In this document: positions 1 to 11,102 of the stretch, piece after piece
How the letters are laid out: each line of letters starts with the position of its first letter
Numbering within the stretch: position 1 is the stretch's first letter
Virus record (IMG/VR): IMGVR_UViG_2690316131_000018
Origin: a virus
Taxonomy: Duplodnaviria > Heunggongvirae > Uroviricota > Caudoviricetes
Length of the DNA: 29,394 nucleotides
Strand: one strand, 5' to 3'
The notes under the pieces: generated by a model
The model's input: only the letters and a program-made list of their open reading frames with translations
The model's database searches: none
What the model was told of the DNA's origin: nothing
Position numbers and translations under genes: made by a program

Positions 1-117
<117 letters not shown>

Positions 118-140
<23 letters not shown>

Positions 141-1359
141 CTAATGCTTTCAGTTCTTCATCTGGCGGCAATAAACCAAGCTTTTGCATTTCAACCTTCA
201 CCCGATTTAATACAGTTCGCATCGCCTGCGCCGTTTCCTGAACAACAGGATTAGCATGCACATCACCGCTTCGCATAGCATTCCCAACCTGCTGACGAAA
301 TGAATCAAAACTCATGTCACCACCATCAGCTTTATACTTTGCGTATGCCTGTTTATTTCCGACAACAACAGCAGCTTCTTCACGCTGCCATCCACGTGTA
401 CGGGTTTCTACAGCTACCGGTGTTTCAATCCCCCTTTCATTTCCTTTAAGGGTGAAATTATTTTCGGCTAACTCCAGCGTTGTTTTTCGCACTGTCTTGG
501 ACGGAGACTCCATTAACCTTGTCAAAGGAGTAAGATAGCTCCCTGCTTTCCATGCAGCCTTTCCAACCACCCCACCGGAAACAGGGGTTAAATCATCCAG
601 AGTCGCTGTATCAATTTTCATAGCACCAACACTACCACCATCAGAAAGCGAAGCGGCAGCCCTGTCAGTCGCTGATGTAATGCTCATATTATCAAGAGCA
701 TCAGCAACCTCACGCGTGGCTGCAGCCCGGACGGATGGCGAAAGCGCAACACCAGCACTGGCAAACACGCCGCTCATCATCGCACCCGCTGCAATGTGAG
801 CGGCACTTTCACCCCATGAGCGTGTTATTTGCTGATTATTCAGCACAACCTCGCTTAATGCTGTACCGGCTGCACCAATCGCAATCTGTGAGCCAATACG
901 CGCCAGTGCCCCTCCTTGAGCACCAGGGATAAACATTGACGCAACAGTAACCGGATCCATTCCCGCAGCAATACTGGCAAGGGTTCCAACTACGCCAGCA
1001 TCAGACAATAAACGTCTGTCTTCATTTTCATCATCTATCTGCTGCTTAATCCACGCCGTTTCCTCTGGCGATCGGGAATCTGCAAATTTCGCCCCCCAGT
1101 ATTCATAACCGTGCAACTCATTTTTATCAGCATATGGGTTATAACCTTCGACCGGTTCAAACTGTCTGGCTGGTCGGAAAAAACCAGCCAGAATATTGTT
1201 CTGTCGCATTGCAGCCCCCCATACGGAAGGCTCCGGTGGCAATGGCTCAGGATTAGCCCCTTCCGGAAGGGCAACATCAAACCCAGTTTGTTCCGGCAAA
1301 ACATTACCTGACGGGATCAGTCCGTTATTAAGATCTTCAGCTTGTGCATAAACTGGCAT
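118..1359 (-). CDS. internal virion/ejection protein; 3' end replaced by IS5-derived sequence (probably truncated)
   Basis: 413-aa ORF whose start overlaps the stop of the upstream gene (TAATG). The last ~7 codons and the stop lie inside the IS element (<=140). Confidence 0.55.
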
Positions 1360-4076
1360 TATTTAGATCCCCACGAAAAGTAATCTTTAAATTTGTCCAT
1401 ACGTTCGTTATGCAGGCGCTGATACTGCTCATCCAGAGCGCGATGCTTGTCTTTGAAGTTTCGTATAGCCTGTCCACGCATAATTTCTTCCTGCTCGTAC
1501 TGCTCCCGTTCCTGCTGCATTTTCTTATAAGGTTCCCAATCTTCTAGTGATGGTTCCCAACGCATAGGACGCCCATGTTTGTTATAAAACGGCTGGACCC
1601 GATCGATGCCATTTTCATCCTTAGTTCTTACCATAATGGCGTAATCACCATTACGAGGTGTTAACACGTCAGGGGTTATGAATAATTCTCCATTAATACG
1701 ACTCTCAGGGGTTTTTGTCTCAACTACAGGAGCATTACCTGACGTGATCCCAAGCAACGTCGGACTGGTTGTTATAATCTCTTTGCGCTCACCGTACATC
1801 AGCCGTTCTTTTTCAGCTTTCCACTGCGCCGCCTGCCAGCCTGACGGCCCATATTGATAAAGCGCCTCCGGTGCATATTTCATAAACTGCGCTTCTCCGT
1901 TAACCTCGCTGATACTCCAGGTGCGGGCTATCTGCTGGTTGGTCATTTGCTTCGCTACGTCAGCGTTACCACCAGCAACGCGGTAGTTAATGTCATACAG
2001 CGTCTGATAGTCATTACGGAATCTAGCTGCTTCCGGCGTCTGGTCATCCGCAGACGGATCCCAACGGAACCACTGCGCCATATTGCTGACAGCAGAATTC
2101 ATCGCCTTGCTGCGATTATTTTTGTACTCTTTTGAACTCTGCGTTGATGCCAATTGAGCTTTAAGAGCATCGGTCTGGTTGTACGTCAGGTTCTGCGCCT
2201 GCTCGATAGCCGCATCAGCAGACATGCCAGAATCTGTTAGTTGCTTAACAGTCAGATAAAAACCCTGCATATCCTTCGGCATATTTCCAATAGATGCATT
2301 GTCTGTTTCATATAACCGACTAAACAAATTCGCTGCATTTTTAACCACTTCCTGATTGCTGGATCTGGATACTGCTGAAAGCTGCGTGATGACCTGCGAA
2401 GGCATGATGCCAGTCTGAGCCACAAGCCGAACAACCCCATCATGAGTGGAGGCATCATTAATACGAAAGTTCTGCGCCATTTCTGTGTAATCAGCAGCTT
2501 TCTGCATTGATTTGTTGCTTGGGTCTAATTTTTCACCTATTGTCAGCGCCTCATTGAATCTGCGTGAATCACGTTGCGCCTGAATTGCTTCATTTGATCG
2601 CTGAAGCAATGCAGACAATTTTCCGTAAGCATCGAGTTTTAACGCATAGTGAGGATCGTTAACCTCAGGCTTCACTTTCTGCATTTCTTCTTGCTGCTGA
2701 GAAGGAGGTAAATACTGAATTGCCTGGAATATTCTCGCGTTATCAATCGCTATATCCAGTTGATTGATTATTTTATCTGCATTTTTTCCATACCCCCTGA
2801 TGATAGTCTCCTGAGCCGGTATATAATCTGGAACCTCACCGTTATATAGCTGGGCCATGGTGTTATTAATAGCTGGCTCAAGCTGTTCTAATATTAACTT
2901 CCTTTGCTTTTCTATCTGACTATTAGCAAGGTTATCTATTTGATAAATAGTCAGCGGATCCATTCCAGTTTTATTTTTTCTATATCGGGAAAGCCACCCT
3001 TGTGTTTCTGATGGAAGATTTCGGATAAATTCTTCTTCTGATATTTCACCTTTACGTGGATCACCGACTTTGGCGATCAGTTTATCCACGTTACCCATCC
3101 CCCAGTTATATGCTGCTCCGGTCAATATTTCGGAGCCGTACTTACCATACAGTTGATTTACATAGTCACTGGCGAGCATTTCATGCTGTTGTTCGTCCGT
3201 AGGGTTGTATTTAACGCCACGCTTGGCCGCCAGTTCTTTCCCTGTGCCCGGCATTAACTGGTATTTCCCCTGGGCTCTCTCTCCAGAAGATGTTATCGGT
3301 CCTTCAAGAAGACTACCATCAGGATTAAAATGTCGATCACCTGATTCAACAAGGCGTATGGCACGCATGTCCATGCCTCCAGAATCATTTTTCTGAAACA
3401 GACCATTTAGCCATCCTTCTGGATTGGCAGCGGCATAATTCTTCGCCCGCATTTCTGTGGCACGGCGATCATCACTTTCTATTTCTTCCAGAATGCGTTC
3501 TTGTGACCATCCCCTGGCAGCTCCATATCTGGCAATGGCTACCATTCTGGAATTTCTGGCTAAAGTGGCAGTTTGCGGGTCATTCCAGGCATCCGCTTCA
3601 TTTTGTATCCATAATTTTCTCGTTGCCTGATATTGCTCATCTTCATAGGCATTTGTCTGCCCTATCTCATGTCTGAGAACTCCAGTACTGAACTGAATTT
3701 TCTGTGTTCTGGCTTGTTGCAAAAACATATTTCTTGCTGCTTCATCAGTCAATGAAGCAGCTATTTCTTCCACATCCTGATCAAATCCAGATATGTACTC
3801 TTGCCCCTTACCAATCGCATTTTTGCCTTGTTGTGCATAAAAACCGGTTTGAGGGTTATAAAGACGTTCATTGCTGCGCTGATTAAGCTGAAGGATGGCA
3901 TCCTGAGACAATGCAACATTCGCTTTCTGCCTGGCTTCACCATATGCCACCGCATACTGATCTGCGACATTCGCCAGCACCTGACCTGCTTGAGGAACAT
4001 CGAAGATCTGAAAACCACCGGTTTGCACACCACGACTTTGCACCTGGCGTCCGGATGTAGTAGGAACAACAGGCAT
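1359..4076 (-). CDS. internal virion protein with lytic transglycosylase (SLT-like) domain
   Basis: 905-aa ORF. Contains an ES...GKYQLMPGT...AAYNWGMGN pattern typical of SLT-family transglycosylases. ATGA overlap with the upstream gene at 4076. Confidence 0.7.
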   Translation of the reverse strand: MPVVPTTSGRQVQSRGVQTGGFQIFDVPQAGQVLANVADQYAVAYGEARQKANVALSQDAILQLNQRSNERLYNPQTGFYAQQGKNAIGKGQEYISGFDQDVEEIAASLTDEAARNMFLQQARTQKIQFSTGVLRHEIGQTNAYEDEQYQATRKLWIQNEADAWNDPQTATLARNSRMVAIARYGAARGWSQERILEEIESDDRRATEMRAKNYAAANPEGWLNGLFQKNDSGGMDMRAIRLVESGDRHFNPDGSLLEGPITSSGERAQGKYQLMPGTGKELAAKRGVKYNPTDEQQHEMLASDYVNQLYGKYGSEILTGAAYNWGMGNVDKLIAKVGDPRKGEISEEEFIRNLPSETQGWLSRYRKNKTGMDPLTIYQIDNLANSQIEKQRKLILEQLEPAINNTMAQLYNGEVPDYIPAQETIIRGYGKNADKIINQLDIAIDNARIFQAIQYLPPSQQQEEMQKVKPEVNDPHYALKLDAYGKLSALLQRSNEAIQAQRDSRRFNEALTIGEKLDPSNKSMQKAADYTEMAQNFRINDASTHDGVVRLVAQTGIMPSQVITQLSAVSRSSNQEVVKNAANLFSRLYETDNASIGNMPKDMQGFYLTVKQLTDSGMSADAAIEQAQNLTYNQTDALKAQLASTQSSKEYKNNRSKAMNSAVSNMAQWFRWDPSADDQTPEAARFRNDYQTLYDINYRVAGGNADVAKQMTNQQIARTWSISEVNGEAQFMKYAPEALYQYGPSGWQAAQWKAEKERLMYGERKEIITTSPTLLGITSGNAPVVETKTPESRINGELFITPDVLTPRNGDYAIMVRTKDENGIDRVQPFYNKHGRPMRWEPSLEDWEPYKKMQQEREQYEQEEIMRGQAIRNFKDKHRALDEQYQRLHNERMDKFKDYFSWGSK

Positions 4077-4651
4077 CAGTAACCTCCTATTTTGAATCGG
4101 GAGTCAGAATTCATAAAACCTGAGTTAGATAACATTGGCGTCCCACCACTAGATGTACTTCCTTTAGAGAACGGACTCCACGTCCCACCAAACATCTGGT
4201 ACGCACCGTATGCCTTCAGAGGCGCGGTGAGCAATGTTGTTGCTGCTCCCACATTCCCCTGTTTACGGGCTGAACTGGCTTCTGCTTTATAGTTGGCAGC
4301 CTGAACCTGATAACCGTAAGCCTCGCGTTGCGCGTTATTCACCGTCGTCAGAGAATCAAGAGCGCCAAACTGGGCAGTGTCGCCAAATATATCCAGCGCG
4401 TTACCTGTAGATAAATCAGCGCCGGTAGCCCCCATTGTCGCCGCCTGTGTACCAAGCCGCTGTCGGGTCTCTCTGCGCCGTTGCTCAGCTTCAGCGTTAC
4501 CTCTGTTTATTGCATCATTTGCCTGAGCTGTGGCTATATCTGCGTTCGCTTCTGCAACCTTCGAGGCATACTTTCCCTGTTGGTACTGGGTGTATGCCTG
4601 AATGCCACTCATGGCGAGCATTGCGCCACCAGCAATAACCGGATCGCACAT
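4076..4651 (-). CDS. internal virion protein (gp14-like by size and position)
   Basis: 191-aa ORF, Gly/Ala/Gln-rich. GGAGAG ribosome-binding site upstream. Stop/start overlaps on both sides. Confidence 0.55.
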   Translation of the reverse strand: MCDPVIAGGAMLAMSGIQAYTQYQQGKYASKVAEANADIATAQANDAINRGNAEAEQRRRETRQRLGTQAATMGATGADLSTGNALDIFGDTAQFGALDSLTTVNNAQREAYGYQVQAANYKAEASSARKQGNVGAATTLLTAPLKAYGAYQMFGGTWSPFSKGSTSSGGTPMLSNSGFMNSDSRFKIGGY

Positions 4652-5115
4652 TATTTTCTCTCCATGTGAAATCTGTGGAAATTAAGACCAAGAGCACCAT
4701 AAGGCGCGGCTTCTTCAAGCCTGAATCCAAGCCAGTGCAGCCATGCTTTGGCAACATGGTTTCGCTCGTCGACATAGTTTTCCAGGCGCGGATAAACTGC
4801 CAGCATCTGCTGCAATACAGGGCGGCAGTGGCGAAGAAATGTCTTCTGATATTTTTCGATACGGCTGGTTCCGACCAGCCAGGGCGTACCATTGCCACCG
4901 ATCATTGACGCCGGAGATACGCCAAACATGGTTACCAGTTCTCCGTTCGCGAACCCTGACCAGGCCATAGTCGCAGTACGCAGGCCAACACGCAGTGCAT
5001 CTTCGGTAGTCATCAGCGATACCGCATACAGTTCTTCAATATCAGCCTGACGAATATCCGGCAAAATCATCTGAAGATGCTCTTCGGTAGCGGGAATAAT
5101 TCGAACATCGATCAT
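4651..5115 (-). CDS. hypothetical virion-associated protein (gp13-like position)
   Basis: 154-aa ORF, ATG start with ATGA overlaps at both ends, inside the structural operon. Confidence 0.5.
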   Translation of the reverse strand: MIDVRIIPATEEHLQMILPDIRQADIEELYAVSLMTTEDALRVGLRTATMAWSGFANGELVTMFGVSPASMIGGNGTPWLVGTSRIEKYQKTFLRHCRPVLQQMLAVYPRLENYVDERNHVAKAWLHWLGFRLEEAAPYGALGLNFHRFHMERK

Positions 5116-7586
5116 CAGAATCCCCCAACAGTAAGGCGAGGAATAACGGCAAGAACAGACAGCGGCAACGGGTCAAGCTGACGGATTTTTACACGTCCGT
5201 TTTTGCCCCAGTTACTGTCCAGTTTCACTTCTACCTTTCCGGTAGCATCATCAACAGGATCATCGTAGAACTCGAATTCACGCTGTGGATATTCGTACCA
5301 TTTACCGCCGGGCGTAGTCGCCCAGATGCCGCGGCTGGCATTCACAACCAGAGTAACGGACGGGATCACCTGTTTTTTGTCCAGCAGCGTTTCCTGTCCG
5401 TTAATGTTGATATCCAGTGTTTCGAATTCAGCAGTTATTGGCAGGCCGATGTGAACTACAGCCCCCGGAGATTCCAGCGTGACGGCACCTCCGGAAACCA
5501 CTTTCTGTGGTTCCACGTTCGCATCAGAGAGAATGTTTACGGTCTGGCCTTCAAGATGAGACAGGCCTCCAAATGTCCGGCGCGCCATCTGCCAGTTCGT
5601 GGTGGCCACATTCCTGAGGGATGGCGGGACGTTCCTGTTAGCACGAACCACTACAGCGGTATTGCTGGTTACAGAAATAATGTCGCAACGTAATTCTTTT
5701 GACACCTCATCACCAGTATCAGGATCAGTTCCGGTATAAGGGAACTGTAGTTGCGCGCCGACATCACTACTGGTGAAGTACGCACCACCAGAAACACTGA
5801 TTGTATATTCCGCGCGGTAATCCCATTCACCAGAACCACCAGTGATGGTCATCGTTCTGTCAGACGTATTTCTTCCATCATAGCTAAGGCCAGAATCAAC
5901 AAAGAAAGCATCTTCATCGCTGGTAAATAAACGGCTGGACAGTCGCTCGATGTATCTCACTGTTTGCCCGTTAACGGTTCGGTTAACGACGAAATACACC
6001 GCATCTTCATTTCCTTCGCTGATACTGCATGTGCTTTCATATTTTCCGGTACTGGATTGTGGTGCCCATGCAAAAACCTGCTGATCACGCAAATAGGTCA
6101 TCACCAGTAATTTACCGTCATCACGAATGCAGAAGGCGCTGGAGTAAGGGACAATAGAGAAGCACCAGTCAACAATACTGTGCTTCTGAAAAAGATGATT
6201 GGCAAGGATGGTCAGGTCGTTCCCCTGATAGCCGTCAACATCGAATGAGTAGGCCAGATCACGGACAACACTGCCTTTCTCCTGGACGAACAGAGCAATA
6301 TTCGCCACGGCAATTGGTGGGACATTGCTCGAGCCATTTGATCCCTGAGAGCTGAATGCAAATGATGATGGGGTAAGCACTTTGTTCTGGTCGCCAGTGA
6401 TGACGTACTCACCTCCGGAAGTCAGCGCCACCAGCGAACCAACATCAATCAGGTGACGGATCTCATTAACCTGACGCCCGGCATAGGTGTAGATAATTCT
6501 GTCGTCATCCTGCGTAGGATTGCTTTTGCCAAAATCCTTATAATCCCCGGTACGGCTGGCCCAGATAGTCTGAGGAAACGCAGTCGATGCGGCGAAGTAA
6601 AGACGTTGTTGATAATAAACAACAGTGCCAGGATAACCATTAACACTGTTCCAGGCATATTTAGCCCATTTATAGCTGGCATTATCCTCGCCCACGACCT
6701 GCGAAGGGATATAGGAAATCACCTCGGCAGTTGCAGTAGTTCCATTTGCAGCAGTGATACGGGCAATGCCAAAACCACTGTGCAGATATTCCCACTCAAT
6801 GCCAGTATCATCATCACCGGATCCGCCCCAGCCATCTCATGATGTGCCTTCTGTATGCGAAGGGCGCAAAGTACCTGTTTTGCCTGCTGTAACGGCGCGA
6901 TAGTAGTTACTGTCTGCACGGCGAATATCGCCAATCGACGTACTCTTACTGGTTTCCCATACCGGCACTGAATCCACTGCAGGCTGTTCCAGATAGAACA
7001 ATTTGCCTACCTGCTCCGCGCCAAAAATAGAGGCGCTTGCCGTTAACGTAATTGTCCCGGTGCTGGCGCTGGCATAAACCGTCACTGACTCGTCAATATT
7101 GATATCTTCAAATGGCCCGTTCTTCGTTACCACATCAACCAGTTGCCAGTTGTCATGAGCATATCGGCGCAACTCTTTCGGCGGGTATGCCGGGTGAACC
7201 AGCGTAAGCACGTCGGCGCTTTGCGTGAATTTAATTCGGAACAGATCGGCTTCAGTATATGGCGTGGCAATTTCATAAATAACATTGCTGCTGTTCAGCA
7301 CCAACGCACCATCTTTGATAACGCGCATGTACTGGTGTCCGAACTCCAGAGCATAGGTCTGAACCGTCGAGAACTCGAACGGGATCAGGCGGCATTTCCG
7401 ATTTGGGTATTTGGCGGCACCGACAAAACGCGTACCAGGTCGATTCTCAACGCCGCCATACTGCCGCACGATAAAGTTATCGCACTTGCGCAATGCTACC
7501 TGGTACTTCGCCATGTCAATACGCCCGTACAACGACGGTCCAATCTCACCACCGGCAAAGCTGGGCTGGATCCAACTGATAGCCAT
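5115..7586 (-). pseudogene. tail tubular protein B-like (T7 gp12-like) gene interrupted by an in-frame TGA
   Basis: ORFs 6837..7586 (249 aa) and 5115..6722 (535 aa) are in the same frame. The 38 codons between them (6723-6836) are all sense; only TGA at 6837-6839 separates them. No ATG or usable ribosome-binding site precedes the second part. The N-terminus (MAISWIQPSFAGGEIG) resembles the start of T7 gp12 from memory, and combined length is ~820 aa. Confidence 0.6.
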
Positions 7587-8194
7587 CAGGACAACCTCGC
7601 AATGGTAAACTCATCAACCGGTGGCTGTGGTTCCTGTGATTCATTCTGGCTATGCGAGCCAGCACTAAGAATCACGCGATTGTACATATTGAGGGCAAAC
7701 GTACCGAGGTCTGCATTCCCAGTCAGCGCCATGTTAATAGCTGCCGCAAGACGCCAGGCCAACGCCTCCATAAAAATGGCATCAAACATGTTCACATCTG
7801 TAACGCGAGAGACATACTTGAGCCATGCCTGAGGCTGGTCTGTGTAGATCAACTTTCCTGTTCCGTTGGTGTCTGCACCAACTTCGTACTGAACGCGCAT
7901 TGCTGCTGTTGGATTGCGTACACCAGGAAGCATAATTTCAGTAATGCGCAGACAATCTGACGGGTACTGGTACGCATATTCCCAGTCAGGCGGTGGATTG
8001 CTCGTATCTGCAAGCGCCACGCGTTTGGTAGCAAAGTTCCAGTCAAAATCAGAAAGCACAGCATCACGACAGGCCTCAAAGTGCAGCGAACATTCCCCCG
8101 CTTCCTTGCTGGCTTCCGTCAGGCTGTTAATGCTGCGGCTGTTGCCAATATTGGACAGCGCACGATTACAGATCTCTACTACAGAGGCCATCAC
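7586..8194 (-). CDS. tail tubular protein A-like (T7 gp11-like) protein
   Basis: ~200-aa ORF. N-terminal pattern ALSNIG...SLTEA resembles gp11 from memory. GGAGG ribosome-binding site; probable ATG at 8191 overlapping the upstream stop. Confidence 0.55.
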   Translation of the reverse strand: MMASVVEICNRALSNIGNSRSINSLTEASKEAGECSLHFEACRDAVLSDFDWNFATKRVALADTSNPPPDWEYAYQYPSDCLRITEIMLPGVRNPTAAMRVQYEVGADTNGTGKLIYTDQPQAWLKYVSRVTDVNMFDAIFMEALAWRLAAAINMALTGNADLGTFALNMYNRVILSAGSHSQNESQEPQPPVDEFTIARLS

Positions 8195-8520
8195 TCACCT
8201 CCGTTACCGTACAGAGTTTCAGCCGCTGATTTTTCTACATCCCCGGAAACAGGAGCGATCGCCATATCAGTGATCTGCAGATCGGCGCTGCGATTAACGC
8301 CATCGTTAGTTTCTCTGGCAGACAGGCCTCGAATAACAGCCTTTGCAGTTATCATCACTTCCGTTCCGACGCCCTTAGGTTGCGCCTTCAGCTTATTCAA
8401 TGTGTCGTTATTAAGAGTGATGCACAGCCCCCACGGGTATTCATCGCGAGTTCTGGTTTCTCCGCTCTCATCCTGGTAGCTGTCAGTGCCGGTTTTGAGG
8501 TTTACGAGTTCCATATACAC
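8191..8520 (-). CDS. hypothetical structural-module protein
   Basis: ORF in the operon; likely true start is the ATG at ~8514, preceded by GGAG. Confidence 0.45.
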   Translation of the reverse strand: MYMELVNLKTGTDSYQDESGETRTRDEYPWGLCITLNNDTLNKLKAQPKGVGTEVMITAKAVIRGLSARETNDGVNRSADLQITDMAIAPVSGDVEKSAAETLYGNGGE

Positions 8521-8564
8521 TCCTGCAATAAAGGGGCCGAAGCCCCTTGTCTGATCCGCGAGGC

Positions 8565-8909
8565 TTACACGCCCAGTTCTTTACGCTTATCTGCGATCTT
8601 CTCGCGGAGCGTTTCGGCTTTGGCGTTATGGTGTGGCTTCTCGTTAAAGAGCAATTCGTACTCTTCACGGAGCTTATCCAGCTCACCATCATCTGACACA
8701 TCGTTGATGATTTTGGTACTGGTTGCTGCCATTGACACCTTTCCTGCTACCTTTGCTTTTGCCTGTCTGGCTGCATCGTTAACAGGTTCCAGTGCGCTAC
8801 CTGGCTCACCTTCGTATTCGATTTCTGCCCCCTCCGGCCACAGAGTGTTATGGATATGAGAGAGGCGCAGAACGCGGTATCTTGGTTTCTCACCTGACAT
8901 CGATATCAC
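8565..8909 (-). CDS. hypothetical structural-module protein
   Basis: ORF; likely start is the ATG at ~8900, with AAGGTGA upstream. Confidence 0.45.
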   Translation of the reverse strand: MISMSGEKPRYRVLRLSHIHNTLWPEGAEIEYEGEPGSALEPVNDAARQAKAKVAGKVSMAATSTKIINDVSDDGELDKLREEYELLFNEKPHHNAKAETLREKIADKRKELGV

Positions 8910-8910
8910 C

Positions 8911-9348
8911 TTAACCAGTTACTTTTGAGCGGATCGGATACGGCGTATTGGCATCAACATCAAGACTGATACCAGCAGTGAATTCGCCAGCCGTTAGTGG
9001 GCCAGTTGCGACGGAGTAGTTAACACGCAGATATCGCTGAACACCGGCAGGCACCTTTGCAGAAACAACTCGTTTACCTGCTGTCAGGGCGGTCTTTGCC
9101 AGTGCACCACTATCATAAATAGTGGTCCATGAGCTGTTATTCTCACTCGTCTGCAACTGGATGTTTACAGTTGCCTCACCACTTGCCGTGGCGGCTTCGT
9201 TAACCAGCGCCCAAAACTCAAGCGGGTAACCCACGCCGATATCACGACGTTTTCCGTCAATTGGACCGAGATCGATTACGTCAGTAGAAGCCGCGGTATT
9301 CGTAACCGCCTGAGCTTCGGAGAACATCAACAGTTTGTCGGTGATCAT
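8911..9348 (-). CDS. hypothetical virion protein (possible minor capsid or decoration protein)
   Basis: 145-aa ORF with ATG start, immediately downstream of the capsid gene and its hairpin. GGAGAAAG ribosome-binding site. Confidence 0.5.
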   Translation of the reverse strand: MITDKLLMFSEAQAVTNTAASTDVIDLGPIDGKRRDIGVGYPLEFWALVNEAATASGEATVNIQLQTSENNSSWTTIYDSGALAKTALTAGKRVVSAKVPAGVQRYLRVNYSVATGPLTAGEFTAGISLDVDANTPYPIRSKVTG

Positions 9349-9363
9349 CTTCTTTCTCCATTA

Positions 9364-9383
9364 GTGGGTCTGTTACGACCCAC
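9364..9383 (-). other. stem-loop just after the major capsid gene
   Basis: Inverted repeat GTGGGTC / GACCCAC between the capsid stop (9400) and the next start (9348), with no T-tract. Position is analogous to the attenuator after the capsid gene in T7-like phages. Confidence 0.4.
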
Positions 9384-9399
9384 AGGTTAATAACAGGCG

Positions 9400-10392
9400 T
9401 TACACCACGCGGGCTTCTGTTTCCAGAAGCGCATCAGTTTCACGGATTGGTACACCACGGAATGAAGTCCACCACTCGCCTTCAGTCTCTTTTACGCTGA
9501 TAGCCAGAGATGTTTTCTCCAGAGATTGCAGATCAAGAGCCTGGCCTACAGTGCGGTTCATGTAGAACACCGGGCGGCCCATTCCACGGTTTGGAATGCG
9601 ATGCAGTGCTTTAACCATCAACTTCGCAATATTTGCGGCAGAGGAAGGTTCTGAAAGATTGCTGACATCGATGTTTGCAATGCGAACAACATAACGCCAG
9701 TCACGCAGAGCAAGTCCGTTGTCCCATTTGTAATGGGTGCGATAGCCTTCGTACTTGCCGCCATTAGCATCTTCCAGTGTCACCTGGCCTTTATCTTCCA
9801 TCTGGATGCCAGCCTTCTGCCCTTTCGGGAAGATGCCATGCACGGTGTTTTCGCCCCACACCACTAACCAGATTGAGGTGTTATCTGTACCCGTGCCACC
9901 AGCATCAATGATGTTCTGAGCATTACCCGCAGACAGGCTGGAATAGCGGGAGGACAGTCCCATAAACTGCTGAGGGTTAACGCTGGAATCACCATAAAAC
10001 AGCGTCTGCGCCATCTGCTGATTCATCGCTTCAATAAATGCGCGGTCTTCAGACAGGCGGAATTCAGCGGTATTGCCGTTCAGATCAGCCAGTGACTTAT
10101 CGACTTCAGCATAGGTTTCCAGCATGCCAACGGAATCGGTTACCTGCACTGTGGTTGATTTGCTTGGCTGTACGCCATAGTTCAGCAAACGCCATGTAGC
10201 TGAAGGTAAACCAGAACGAATGGTGGTTCGGTGTCCGGTAGGAAGGTTCCCTTCGACAAAAGGCATATCCTGAAGGATCGGGTTAGTTTGACCGAGAAGC
10301 TCGATAATCTTATCGACTTTCCCGTTTGGATCGACGCGCTTACCCCAGTCAGCCAGCGTTAGCGCAGTTAAGCCTTTAACAGACATTGTCAT
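9400..10392 (-). CDS. major capsid protein
   Basis: 330-aa ORF following the scaffold gene, in the order portal-scaffold-capsid. Start is probably the ATG at 10386, which has better spacing from the GAGAGGAA ribosome-binding site. Confidence 0.7.
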   Translation of the reverse strand: MTMSVKGLTALTLADWGKRVDPNGKVDKIIELLGQTNPILQDMPFVEGNLPTGHRTTIRSGLPSATWRLLNYGVQPSKSTTVQVTDSVGMLETYAEVDKSLADLNGNTAEFRLSEDRAFIEAMNQQMAQTLFYGDSSVNPQQFMGLSSRYSSLSAGNAQNIIDAGGTGTDNTSIWLVVWGENTVHGIFPKGQKAGIQMEDKGQVTLEDANGGKYEGYRTHYKWDNGLALRDWRYVVRIANIDVSNLSEPSSAANIAKLMVKALHRIPNRGMGRPVFYMNRTVGQALDLQSLEKTSLAISVKETEGEWWTSFRGVPIRETDALLETEARVV

Positions 10393-10400
10393 TTCCTCTC

Positions 10401-11102
10401 TTATTTGCCATAGAGCACTTCGGCCGCACTACGCTGGCCTTCATTACCACCGGTGACCATGCCATCTTCAGACATCGCCTTTCCGATTTTCACGAACGTT
10501 TTGACCAGATCAGGGTGATTACCCAGCCCGGTGGTGTTCAGATATTCTTTGAGTTCAGGTGTCCCGAACTGGTCAAGCGCACGCTGTGCGGCGCTAAGGT
10601 TAGAAATCAACTTGTCGCCACCGATTTCTTTGTCAGCTTTTACATCCGCAGCCCACTGCTCGGTTGTTTTCTGCCAGGCTTCTGCCTGGCGCTGCTGAAC
10701 ACCTGCCAGAATCTTCGGATAAGCATCAACCAGCTTTTGCGCTTGCTCGTTGGTCAGGTTAAGTTCTCGCGCCACCGGCTCGAATTCATTCAACGCTTCT
10801 GTATCCAGCTCTACGCCTTCGGCAGCCTGAAACTCGTACTTCTCAGGCGCACCCTCTGGTTTATCGCCGTCCTTTTTTTCATCCTGCTTATCGTTTTCAG
10901 GCTTTTTGTCATCAGCAGGTTTATCGCCATCAGCAACAGGTTGTGGCTTATCACCTTCCTGTTGTGATGGATCACCAACTGGAGCAGGGTTATCACCTGC
11001 AGGCGCTGACGGTTCTGACGCAGCCGGAGCTGCTCCACCATCGACTGGTTGCTCATTGCAAAGACGGCTATACAGCAAACGCTCAAATAAATTCATGATC
11101 AC
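10401..11102 (-). CDS. scaffolding protein
   Basis: 233-aa acidic, low-complexity protein (Pro/Asp/Lys-rich N-terminus, helical C-terminus) between portal and capsid genes. Confidence 0.6.
   Translation of the reverse strand: MIMNLFERLLYSRLCNEQPVDGGAAPAASEPSAPAGDNPAPVGDPSQQEGDKPQPVADGDKPADDKKPENDKQDEKKDGDKPEGAPEKYEFQAAEGVELDTEALNEFEPVARELNLTNEQAQKLVDAYPKILAGVQQRQAEAWQKTTEQWAADVKADKEIGGDKLISNLSAAQRALDQFGTPELKEYLNTTGLGNHPDLVKTFVKIGKAMSEDGMVTGGNEGQRSAAEVLYGK

Noticed and set aside
7143-7832. 229-aa + strand ORF, and similar long antisense ORFs at 8380..8859, 10386..10967, 11518..12255 and 15330..15803
   Set aside because: All lie antisense to well-supported structural or terminase genes on the - strand, mostly start at non-ATG codons, and have low-complexity products. 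They look like shadow ORFs.
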